DNA from: Actinomycetota bacterium
Lineage (GTDB): Bacteria > Actinomycetota > UBA4738
DNA length: 64,000 bases
Assembly: GCA_040414485.1 (NCBI GenBank)
Contig: JBEDUK010000013.1
Coordinates: 10,570 to 74,569, forward strand
Direction: 5' to 3'
Shown here in pieces: positions 9,474 to 17,428 of the stretch. The notes under the pieces are model-generated. The model saw only the letters and a list, made by a program, of their open reading frames with translations. It was not told the origin of the DNA and did not search any database. Position 1 is the first letter of the stretch; the number at the start of each line of letters is the position of its first letter. The translations under genes and the position numbers were made by a program.

Positions 9474-11023
9474 GCGGATCGGTGATGCTCGAGGACCGTC
9501 CCGCCGGCGACGGCGAGGCGAAGGTCGCCCAGGCGCGAGAGGGGCTCGCCGCCCTCGATGCGCACCTTGCCACGATCGACGGGCGGCCCGTCGGCCCCGA
9601 CGAGCGCAACGAGATGATCGGCCTCGTCCTGTCGGTCGACGAGACCCTCCGTGAGCTCGAGATGTGGAGCGGCAATGGGTCGGGCGAGCCGACGGCGCCG
9701 CCGCGGCGGCGGGGTCTGCACTTCCGGCGGCACAAGGTCCGCACGGATACCGGCGGTCCCGTGAACGGCGAAGATTCGAACGCCACCGTGGTCCTCGACC
9801 GCGTCGAGCCGGGCACGAAGATCACGGCCGAGACCGCGCCTGCCGAGCTGATCCCGGTTCAGCCGATGCCCGTCGCACCGTCGCCGCCGCCGCCGACGGC
9901 GACGCCGCCGACGGCAGATCAGCCATCGCCGGTCGAACCGACGCGGGTCGAGGGACCCGGCGCCGCGCCGGATGAGCGCGTCTCGATCGACGAGGAGTAC
10001 CGGCAGGACCTTGCGGCCCGCGTCAGGGCGCTCCGCGCCGAACTCGACGAGCGCGCGGGCCGGGTGCTCGTCCTCACCACCGATGAGCGGCAACGCCCGC
10101 GCCGGCGGCTGGCCGGGTTGTTCGGCTCCATCGGTCAGCCGGCGACTGCAGAGACCGCCGCCACGACGGCGACCCTGCCCGCCGCGCTCAGGAGCCGCCG
10201 ATCCGTCGAGCGCTCCGTGGGAAAGGTCCTCACCGCCGCGGGAGTCATCGCCGTGCTGTTCCTGCTGTTCGAGTTCGGCCTGACCGGCTCCCTCGAGGCG
10301 CGGGACCAACGGGCGCTGCTGCTCCAGTTCCAGGACGCCATCGTCACGACGAACCTCGACCTGCCGAACAAGACCATCCCGTCGGGTACGGCGGTCGCGC
10401 TCATGAACATCCCGTCCATCCACGTGAGTCAGGTGGTCGTCGAGGGCACGACCAATCGCCTGCTGAAGGCGGGACCGGGCCACCTCGCCGCCGCCCCGCT
10501 GCCGGGCGAGTTCGGCAACGCGATCATCCTGGGGCACCGGACGAAGTACGGAGCGCCGTTCCGCAGCCTGAACCTGCTCCATACGGGCGACCTGATCAAC
10601 GTCACCACCGGGCAGGGGTTGTTCGTCTATTCGGTAAACCATGTTTACCACTTGAAGTCCGGCGACCCGGATGTGTTCGCCGGCTCGACCGATTCGCGCC
10701 TGACACTCGTCAGCGCTGACCCGCCCCAGGGGGCGAGCGGCCGCATCGTCGCCGTCGCACTCCTCCGAGGGAGCCCGGTCGCCGTCGACACGCGCCCGCC
10801 GGTGCCGGTGGGCCGGGACGAACTGGGGCTTTCGGCCGATCCGGTCGGCGCCGTGTTCGGCCTGATCTGGCTTCAGGTGTTCATCGTGGCGTACCTGATC
10901 ACCCGTCGTATCCGTCGGACGTGGAACCCCACCGTGACGTGGTTGCTCGCCGCGCCGATCCTGCTGGCCCTGCTGCTGCTCGTGTTCATCAACGTCGACC
11001 TGCTGCTGCCGGGCACGCTGTAA
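9470..11023 (+). CDS. class E sortase homolog with active-site Cys replaced by Ala (TLVSA instead of TLxTC); long Pro-rich N-terminal cytoplasmic extension and C-terminal TM helices
   Basis: VVEGTTNRLLKAGPGHLAAAPLPGEFGNAIILGHRTKYGAPFRSL...GDLINV...YSVNHV...SRLTLVSADP; GTG 9470 overlaps upstream stop (GTGA); catalytic His (GHRT) and Arg retained. Confidence 0.6.
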   Translation: MSGSVMLEDRPAGDGEAKVAQAREGLAALDAHLATIDGRPVGPDERNEMIGLVLSVDETLRELEMWSGNGSGEPTAPPRRRGLHFRRHKVRTDTGGPVNGEDSNATVVLDRVEPGTKITAETAPAELIPVQPMPVAPSPPPPTATPPTADQPSPVEPTRVEGPGAAPDERVSIDEEYRQDLAARVRALRAELDERAGRVLVLTTDERQRPRRRLAGLFGSIGQPATAETAATTATLPAALRSRRSVERSVGKVLTAAGVIAVLFLLFEFGLTGSLEARDQRALLLQFQDAIVTTNLDLPNKTIPSGTAVALMNIPSIHVSQVVVEGTTNRLLKAGPGHLAAAPLPGEFGNAIILGHRTKYGAPFRSLNLLHTGDLINVTTGQGLFVYSVNHVYHLKSGDPDVFAGSTDSRLTLVSADPPQGASGRIVAVALLRGSPVAVDTRPPVPVGRDELGLSADPVGAVFGLIWLQVFIVAYLITRRIRRTWNPTVTWLLAAPILLALLLLVFINVDLLLPGTL

Positions 11024-11035
11024 GGGTCACGCTCG

Positions 11036-11485
11036 ATGCCGAGCCGCGGACGATCGGTCGCTCCGGCTGCCTTGCTCGCCATCGCCGTGCTGGCGGCGGC
11101 GTGCACCTCGGGCGCGAGCGCGAACACACCGACCTCGCCGCCGGTACGGCCGACGCCGTCCCGGTCGGCAGGCTCGCCCGACCCGAACCGGGAGCGTGAC
11201 CATCCCGATCCGAACTTCGACTTTGGCTTCACGATCCGCATCACCGACCAGGGCTTCCACCCGCAGTGGCTGGTGTCGTTGTGCTGCAAGCCGGTGACGT
11301 GGATCAACGACACGAACGCGCCGGTGAAGGTGGTCTTCGACCATCAATCGGTCCGATCCGGCCAGATCGCGCCCGGGGGCACGTTCGTGTGGAAGCCGAA
11401 GAACGTCCAGAGCGTGACCTACCACGACGCGGCCGATCCGAGCCGCCACGGGATCATCCAGGTCAATCAGTCGTTCGAGTCCTGA
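11036..11485 (+). CDS. putative lipoprotein, unknown function
   Basis: lipobox LAAAC after n/h-region; high GC3; 149 aa. Confidence 0.5.
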   Translation: MPSRGRSVAPAALLAIAVLAAACTSGASANTPTSPPVRPTPSRSAGSPDPNRERDHPDPNFDFGFTIRITDQGFHPQWLVSLCCKPVTWINDTNAPVKVVFDHQSVRSGQIAPGGTFVWKPKNVQSVTYHDAADPSRHGIIQVNQSFES

Positions 11486-11496
11486 GTCCACGGGCG

Positions 11497-11537
11497 CCTT
11501 GCTCCGGGCGGGATGGGGCGTTTACTTCGGAGCAAGG
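11497..11537. terminator. possible stem-loop (10-bp stem CCTTGCTCCG / CGGAGCAAGG, 21-nt loop) after lipoprotein gene
   Basis: inverted repeat read from sequence; no U-tract. Confidence 0.25.
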
Positions 11538-11613
11538 GCTCGGGAGCGAACCGGGAGGAGAGAGCCATGCTCAATGAAGAGCGGCGGATCGTCCATGAGG
11601 CAACCCGGTACTG

Positions 11614-12156
11614 GTGGGTCCTGCTGGTGAGCGGCGGCGCCTGGCTCGTGATCGCCTGGTGCTGCGCTTGAACACCACATCGCTCGTCACCGTCGGCGTT
11701 CTGCTCGGCTTCGTGTTCCTCCTGGCCGGGATCAACGAGGTGGGCGTGGCGGCCATGGTTTCAGGGGGCTGGAAGGTCTGGCACTGGATCCTCGCGGTGA
11801 TCTTCTTCCTGGGCGCGCTCTGGGGCTTCATCCGCCCGGTCAACACCTTCTTCGCGCTGGCGTCGGTGCTCGGCTTGATCCTGATCCTCTACGGCACGTT
11901 CGAGATCATCGAGGGGATCGCGTCGCGGGCGGCGAACCCGTACTGGTGGCTCAACCTCACCCTGGGCATCCTGCTGGTGCTCCTTGCGTTCTGGGTGTCC
12001 GGCTCGGACCGCGTCTACGCCCTGGCCCGGCGCAGTTATCTGATCCTGTTCTGGATCGGCTTCATGGCCATCTTCCGCGGCGTCTCGCAGATCGCGCTGG
12101 CGTTCAGCCTCAACCACGCCCGGAAGTTGGCGGATTCGGGGACCGTGGCGGCCTGA
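11614..12156 (+). CDS. DUF308 / HdeD-like multi-TM membrane protein; first repeat (MLNEERRIVHEATRYWWVLLVSGGAWLVIAW) encoded in a different frame 11567..11671, apparent frameshift
   Basis: frame B has 5 TM helices with internal YWW(L)xL repeat; frame A short ORF with SD GGGAGGAGAGAGCC-ATG carries homologous first repeat and ends in TGA at ~11669. Confidence 0.55.
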   Translation: MGPAGERRRLARDRLVLRLNTTSLVTVGVLLGFVFLLAGINEVGVAAMVSGGWKVWHWILAVIFFLGALWGFIRPVNTFFALASVLGLILILYGTFEIIEGIASRAANPYWWLNLTLGILLVLLAFWVSGSDRVYALARRSYLILFWIGFMAIFRGVSQIALAFSLNHARKLADSGTVAA

Positions 12157-12248
12157 CCGCCCGCGAAGCCAGAACCCCACACCTACGACCCGAGAACCCC
12201 TGCCGGACCGATCCCGGCCTCCCGACGCGTGCCCGCCGGTTGCCATCC

Positions 12249-12299
12249 GTTCACGCAATCGCCCCCGCCCGTTCGTCGTCCATCCTTCGTCCGTTCGGA
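12249..12299. promoter_or_regulatory. degenerate PHO-box-like repeats: CCGTTCACG (12247), CCGTTCGTC (12269), CCGTTCGGA (12291) at exact 22-bp phasing
   Basis: read from sequence upstream of PstS-like 3. Confidence 0.3.
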
Positions 12300-12474
12300 G
12301 ACGAGCCACAGCGACGCAACCTCCCGCGGAGAGACTCCTGCCCGCTGATCGCACTTGAACGACGTGCCGAAAGGGGGGAGGGCGTTCGAGGACGTGAATG
12401 CACGGTGGTTCTCGCACGGCAGGATGGATCTGGCCGCTGAAGCGCCGGGTCATTTCGATTCCGAAAGGCAGGCG

Positions 12475-13668
12475 ATGATCAAGAAGACGAAGAGTCGCCG
12501 GCTGGGGCTCATCGGTGCGGTGATCGTGGGCAGCAGCGCCCTGTTCATCTCCGCGGCGATGCCGGCAGGGGCGACGGGAGGTGGCGGACCGGTCGCGGCG
12601 AGCGTGCTCGGCAGCGGCTCGGACACCACGCAGTTCATGATGAACGCGATCGATAACCTGTACCTGTTCAGCCCCGGGTGTTCACCCATCCCGACGCAGG
12701 GACAGAACGCGTGGCTGGACTTCAGCTGCGAGTCCCCTGACCCGCCGAACACGATCCTCTCTGAGAACTACAAGCACGACCAGGTGCACGAGGCCTACTT
12801 CCTGGGGTCGAGCAACGGGATCAAGCAGCTGTGCTCGCAGGGACAGTCGGGCGTGGCCCGCATCGACTTCGCCCGTTCGTCGCGCGGTCCCGGGAGCAGC
12901 GACTGCACCGGGCTGAAGTTCGTTGCCTACGCGCGTGACGGCATCTCCTGGGAGGCCTTCAACATCAAGGGCTCCGGTATCAAGAACATGAACAACCAGA
13001 ACGGAACCTGCGCGGGGTCCGGCGGGGACACGCAGTTCTGTCTGACCCAGAGTCAGCTGAACGGCATCTTCGTGGCCTGCACGATCACGAACTGGAGCCA
13101 GGTCGGCGGCAACAACCTCAAGTTCGCCATCTACACGCCCCAGGCCGGGTCCGGGACACGCTCCACCTGGGACGGGTTCGTCGGCGGCGACTCATCGCAT
13201 TGCATCCCGGCCGGCCAGCAGAGCACCCACATCGTCCCGGAGAACGACAACACGGCCATCTTCAACAACGGCGACCAGAAGAAGGCCATCTTCCCGTTCT
13301 CTTTCGGTGTGTGGACGCAGCGCGTCCACGGGCAGCACAAGGCGATCCTCGGCGCCATCGACAACGTCCCGGTGAACAAGGACACGATCGCCGATGGGTC
13401 GTTCCCGTTCGGCCGCTTCCTCTACAACGTCTACTGCACCGCGTCGTGCTCGAGCGGTGCCTCGGAGGACGAGGCCGTCACCTACGTGGGTGAGGAAGGC
13501 TGGATCTGCAAGCTGGACGCGGACCACGCCAACGACCCGGCCACCGGCGCGAACTACCGGACCGAGATCGCGAACGCCATCTCGGCGAGCGGGTTCGTCC
13601 CCGTGCCGAAGGGTGTCATCGGCGGCGGTGACACGAACCAGGACTACTGCAGGTTGTTCAACCACTAG
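12475..13668 (+). CDS. secreted Cys-rich PstS/PBP-superfamily-like protein (third PstS-like paralog)
   Basis: signal peptide MIKKTKSRRLGLIGAVIVGSSALFISAAMPAGA; GSSNGIKQL...IDFARSSRG and AGSGTRSTWDGFVGG resemble PstS GSGAGIRQF/VDFGASDAP/DGSGTSF motifs. Confidence 0.55.
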   Translation: MIKKTKSRRLGLIGAVIVGSSALFISAAMPAGATGGGGPVAASVLGSGSDTTQFMMNAIDNLYLFSPGCSPIPTQGQNAWLDFSCESPDPPNTILSENYKHDQVHEAYFLGSSNGIKQLCSQGQSGVARIDFARSSRGPGSSDCTGLKFVAYARDGISWEAFNIKGSGIKNMNNQNGTCAGSGGDTQFCLTQSQLNGIFVACTITNWSQVGGNNLKFAIYTPQAGSGTRSTWDGFVGGDSSHCIPAGQQSTHIVPENDNTAIFNNGDQKKAIFPFSFGVWTQRVHGQHKAILGAIDNVPVNKDTIADGSFPFGRFLYNVYCTASCSSGASEDEAVTYVGEEGWICKLDADHANDPATGANYRTEIANAISASGFVPVPKGVIGGGDTNQDYCRLFNH

Positions 13669-13695
13669 GCGCCCAAAGCGAACCGCAACACCGAA

Positions 13696-13730
13696 GGCCC
13701 GGACCGCCTGACGCGGTCCGGGCCTTCGAC
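13696..13730. terminator. perfect GC-rich hairpin (AAGGCCCGGACCGC-CTGAC-GCGGTCCGGGCCTT) 28 nt after stop of 12475..13668
   Basis: inverted repeat read from sequence; no U-tract (common in high-GC genomes). Confidence 0.5.
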
Positions 13731-13804
13731 CGTTCGACCCGCGGAACACGTTCGTCCAGGCGGGACGGGTTCAACAGGGAGCCACGCTCGGCCGGAGAAA
13801 GGGG

Positions 13805-13836
13805 CAGGCCCGGCGCCGGGGAAGCGCCGGGCCTAT
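13805..13836. terminator. second perfect hairpin (AGGCCCGGCGC-CGGGGAA-GCGCCGGGCCT)
   Basis: inverted repeat read from sequence. Confidence 0.35.
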
Positions 13837-14082
13837 CGGGGAGCCGGACGATCGCCGGGGTGGCGAGGGGCGAGGAACATCCGGCCGACAGGAATCATGC
13901 AGAGCCCGGATGACCACGTGCGGTCCCGCACGCGACCGGGAAATGAACGGTCATCACGGCAAACGGTCCACGGAGGCGGGCGTTCTTCCTGCTCGTGCGC
14001 CGCGCGTGGCCGCGCACGATTCACCGGACGGTCGACCTGCGTTCATCGCTCGGCCATCCGGCCGCTGCACCGTGCCGCGTGC

Positions 14083-14850
14083 ATGGAAGGGCAGGTGCAA
14101 CCCGTCGGGATCGGAGCCTCTCGGGCCGCCGGGCCCCGCGTCGTGGATCGCCTCGAGGCGAACCTGACCCGCCGCGCACCCGGCAGCGACGTACCCGATG
14201 CGGCGGTGCTGGCGGAGGAGCTCGAGACGACGCCCGGCGCCGTTCGCCGGGCCTTGACCGAACTGGAGCGGCGCTTCGTCGTTCGCCGGAACCAGACCCG
14301 GCACCTGGTGGTCTCCTCGCGGATCGACTACCGCATCGGCTCCGGGATGCTTCCCGGACTGACCGAGGCGGTCGCCGCATCGGGCGTCACCGTCCGCTCG
14401 GAGACCGAGCGGGTCCGCCTCCAGCGCGTACCGCCCCGCGTCCGGCTCGAGCTCGACATCGGACGGATGTCGCGTGTCCACGTCCTCTCCCGGCGCCGTT
14501 TCGTCGACGACGAACCGGTGGCGTGCTCCGTCTCCTACGTGGTCGCGGACCTGACGCCCGGCCTGCCGGACCGACTCGGCACCGAGGGATCGCTGCACGC
14601 CACGCTCCGCGAGGCGTTCGGGCTTCATCCCGTGCCCGCGTGGGTTCGGGCCGAGATGGACGTGCCGCCGGTGGACATCCCTCGCCGGCTGAAACTGGGA
14701 GGCCGGCCTGTGCTGGTGTCGATCAGGTCACGAACGGACTGCGCCAGACTGGGCCGCCCGCTCGAGGTGACCGCCTCCTGGCTGCGCCCCGACGTCTTCC
14801 GCGTGGTCCTGGAGGTGAACGGTGCGACGGGTGTGGGAGGCGCCGCGTGA
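14083..14850 (+). CDS. GntR-family transcriptional regulator with UTRA effector domain (HutC/PhnF subfamily)
   Basis: ATG 14083; HTH ...AAVLAEELETTPGAVRRALTELERRFVVRR; C-terminal UTRA-like domain. Confidence 0.75.
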   Translation: MEGQVQPVGIGASRAAGPRVVDRLEANLTRRAPGSDVPDAAVLAEELETTPGAVRRALTELERRFVVRRNQTRHLVVSSRIDYRIGSGMLPGLTEAVAASGVTVRSETERVRLQRVPPRVRLELDIGRMSRVHVLSRRRFVDDEPVACSVSYVVADLTPGLPDRLGTEGSLHATLREAFGLHPVPAWVRAEMDVPPVDIPRRLKLGGRPVLVSIRSRTDCARLGRPLEVTASWLRPDVFRVVLEVNGATGVGGAA

Positions 14851-14862
14851 GCGTCGGGCAGG

Positions 14863-15327
14863 TCAGGGCGCGGGCCAGTAGCGCGCGCACGTGAATCGTC
14901 CGCCGTCGGCCTCGAGTTCCCACACCGAACCCTTCGCGAACCCGACGTCTCCCTCGACCCGCATCCCGCGCAGCACCAGATGCGGGATGAGCGCTTCGAT
15001 CACGTCGCCGTGACTGCACGCCGCCGTCGGCTGGTCGGCCAGCCGAACGAGGAGCGCCTCCACGCGCTCCACCGGTGTCCCCTCCGCGAGGTCCGGTTCG
15101 TCGCTGACATCCTGGCGTCGCGCGGCGGCGAGGGGCTCGAGTGTCTGCACACACCGAACGAACGGGCTCGAGGCGAGCCTGCCGATGATGAGGCTGTCGA
15201 AGCTCTCCGCGAGGGACTTCGCCTGCCGACGGCCCTTCGCCGAGAGCGGGCGAAGGTCGTCCGCGCCGCTCCACGACTTCCGGTTCCCGGCGTCGGCGTG
15301 ACGGATGAGGTACAGCGTCACCGTCAC
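14863..15327 (-). CDS. histidine phosphatase family protein (SixA-like phosphohistidine phosphatase)
   Basis: LYLIRHADAG (RHG-type catalytic motif); ATG overlaps upstream NUDIX stop (ATGA). Confidence 0.7.
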   Translation of the reverse strand: MTVTLYLIRHADAGNRKSWSGADDLRPLSAKGRRQAKSLAESFDSLIIGRLASSPFVRCVQTLEPLAAARRQDVSDEPDLAEGTPVERVEALLVRLADQPTAACSHGDVIEALIPHLVLRGMRVEGDVGFAKGSVWELEADGGRFTCARYWPAP

Positions 15328-15788
15328 CTGCGGTCGTCCGGCTCGTCCGGCTCGGACGGCTCGAACGGCTCGAACGTCGCAACGAGCTCGCGATCATGCG
15401 GGTAGGTCAGCCGGGCGAGCGCCTGCTGCACGGGGAGCCAGGCGATCGCGTCCACCTCGTCGCCGGGTTCGAACGACCCCTCCCCCGATCCCGGTCCGGC
15501 GCGCATCTCGAAGTAATTGACGGCCTTCGGCGTGCCGGACGCGTCACGGTAGGAGATCGTTCCGAGCGGCCGCACGATCTGGCAGCGCACTCCGGTCTCC
15601 TCCCACACCTCGCGCAGCGCCGCGGTGACCTCGTCCTCCCCGGGCACGAGCTTGCCCTTGGGCAGGCTCCAGTCGTCGTACCTGGGGCGGTGCACGAGCA
15701 AGATCTCGACCGCGCCGTCGTCCCCGCGCCGCCTGACGATCCCGCCCGCGGCCCGAACGGTCCCTGCCCCGGTTCCAGTTCCGATCAC
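15324..15788 (-). CDS. NUDIX hydrolase
   Basis: Nudix box GKLVPGEDEVTAALREVWEETGV; GTG 15788 overlaps CHAD gene stop (GTGA). Confidence 0.8.
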   Translation of the reverse strand: MIGTGTGAGTVRAAGGIVRRRGDDGAVEILLVHRPRYDDWSLPKGKLVPGEDEVTAALREVWEETGVRCQIVRPLGTISYRDASGTPKAVNYFEMRAGPGSGEGSFEPGDEVDAIAWLPVQQALARLTYPHDRELVATFEPFEPSEPDEPDDRR

Positions 15789-17428
15789 GTCCACGCCTTC
15801 GGCCGCTTCGCCTTGACGCGCTTCCACGCCTCGCGCCACGTGTCGCGGGTCTGCGCCGCCGACCACCGCTCCAGACCGGCCAGTTCGCCCGCGACGAATG
15901 CCGTTCGGGCCGAACGCGCCCGTGCCGCCGCCTCCCGGAGCCAGCGGGCGGCGACGACGGCGTCGTTGTGCCGGCCCAGCACATCCTGGAGCCCTGCCGC
16001 CGCCTCGCCGAGATCCCGCGCCGGCTTGCCCAGCAGGGGCGAGACGGCCTCGGTCGCGTACCGAAGGCGCTTCGCCCTGATGCGGACAGCGTGAAGCCCT
16101 TCGTCGGACGGAGGATCGTCAAGCTGCTTGACGGCCTTGCGCAGCCGGCGCCATGGCTTGCGGAGCAGATCGGGGAGCGTGGCGCCCGCGGGCAGGTCGG
16201 CCTCGAGCAGCAGCGCCGGCTCGTTGCCCGCGTTCACCAGCCGGTCGAGGACCTGCGCGTACCGCGGTTCGCGCATGGCCTCCAGGAGATCGGCCCGCGC
16301 GATGCGGCGCTCTTCGGACATGCGATCGAGCAGCCGTGCCCCTGCCTCGCGGTCCGGCCCCTCGAGCGCCTCGACCCGGTCGGTGAGGAGCTCCATCAAC
16401 ACGTCCGCGTCGCGCGCGGCGCCGAGCTTGTCGGCGAGCCAGTGGAGGTCGTCGACCAGATGAGCGGCCCACGTCGGATCGAGGAGCGGCGCGAAGGTCC
16501 TGAGGTCCGAACGCAGCCGCCGGGTGGCGACCCGGGCCTGGTGGACGCCCTCCGGATGGGCGTCAAGGCGGACGACGGCGTCGTGCTTGAGCAGCCTGAT
16601 CACCGACGCGGCGATGGCGTTCCGGACGACCGCGCCCGCCGTCGCGCCCGCATGCAGTTCGGCCACGGCCAGCTCGGCCGGGCCCGTCGCCCGCGGACCC
16701 ACCGCCCGGATGTACTTGGTGGTCGAATCGGGTTCGCCCGCGCCGGCGTCGCGCAGGAGCGAGACGATCCGCGCGAGGAGCTCGTCCGTCGCTCCTTCGC
16801 CCGCCTCCACCTCGAGCTCGCGGAAGCGCGCGGCGAGCCGGCGGCCGTCCATGACCGACACCTCGTCGTCGACGATCTCGGCCACGCGGCTGCCCGGCGC
16901 CTCGTCGGACGCCACCGCCGGCCCGACCGCGTCCGCGTCGCCCTCGCCGTCCATCACGGCGTCCGGGACCCGCACGACCACCGAACGCCGCAGTGTCCGC
17001 AGGCGGGTGACGGGCACGACGTCGGCCGTTCGCACGTACGCGCGCAGCAGGTCGATCGCTCCCGCGGGAGGTTCCTTCGGGCCGCCGTCGAACGTGACCT
17101 CTTCGCGGATCAGCGCGTCGCCCTCCGTTTCGGGCGGAAGCTTGACCGTCCAGCCTTCGGTGTCGCGATACCGGAGGCTGCATCCCCATCGCGCAAGCCG
17201 AAGGTCCGGTGTGTCGAAGTAGGTCGTCCGCTGCGTCCTCGGCTGGGCGACCTCCACCTGGAGCCCGTCCAGCGCCTTTGCGAGGTCCGGCAAGCGGAAG
17301 GACGGCGCCGCGGCGAGCTTGATCTCGCGCTCGGGGGCGTGGCGTACGGGCTCGTGCCGCGCGGTGGCGGCGGAGGCCAGCTCCAAGCCGCCCCGCCCGC
17401 CTGGTTCCTGAGGCGCGGTGTCAGCCAC
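15785..17428 (-). CDS. CYTH (triphosphate tunnel) + CHAD domain protein
   Basis: N-terminal EREIKL...CYTH fold region, C-terminal CHAD helices (RVATRRLRSDLR, RIRAKRLRYATE); start uncertain (17428 GTG or 17473). Confidence 0.7.
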   Translation of the reverse strand: MADTAPQEPGGRGGLELASAATARHEPVRHAPEREIKLAAAPSFRLPDLAKALDGLQVEVAQPRTQRTTYFDTPDLRLARWGCSLRYRDTEGWTVKLPPETEGDALIREEVTFDGGPKEPPAGAIDLLRAYVRTADVVPVTRLRTLRRSVVVRVPDAVMDGEGDADAVGPAVASDEAPGSRVAEIVDDEVSVMDGRRLAARFRELEVEAGEGATDELLARIVSLLRDAGAGEPDSTTKYIRAVGPRATGPAELAVAELHAGATAGAVVRNAIAASVIRLLKHDAVVRLDAHPEGVHQARVATRRLRSDLRTFAPLLDPTWAAHLVDDLHWLADKLGAARDADVLMELLTDRVEALEGPDREAGARLLDRMSEERRIARADLLEAMREPRYAQVLDRLVNAGNEPALLLEADLPAGATLPDLLRKPWRRLRKAVKQLDDPPSDEGLHAVRIRAKRLRYATEAVSPLLGKPARDLGEAAAGLQDVLGRHNDAVVAARWLREAAARARSARTAFVAGELAGLERWSAAQTRDTWREAWKRVKAKRPKAWT

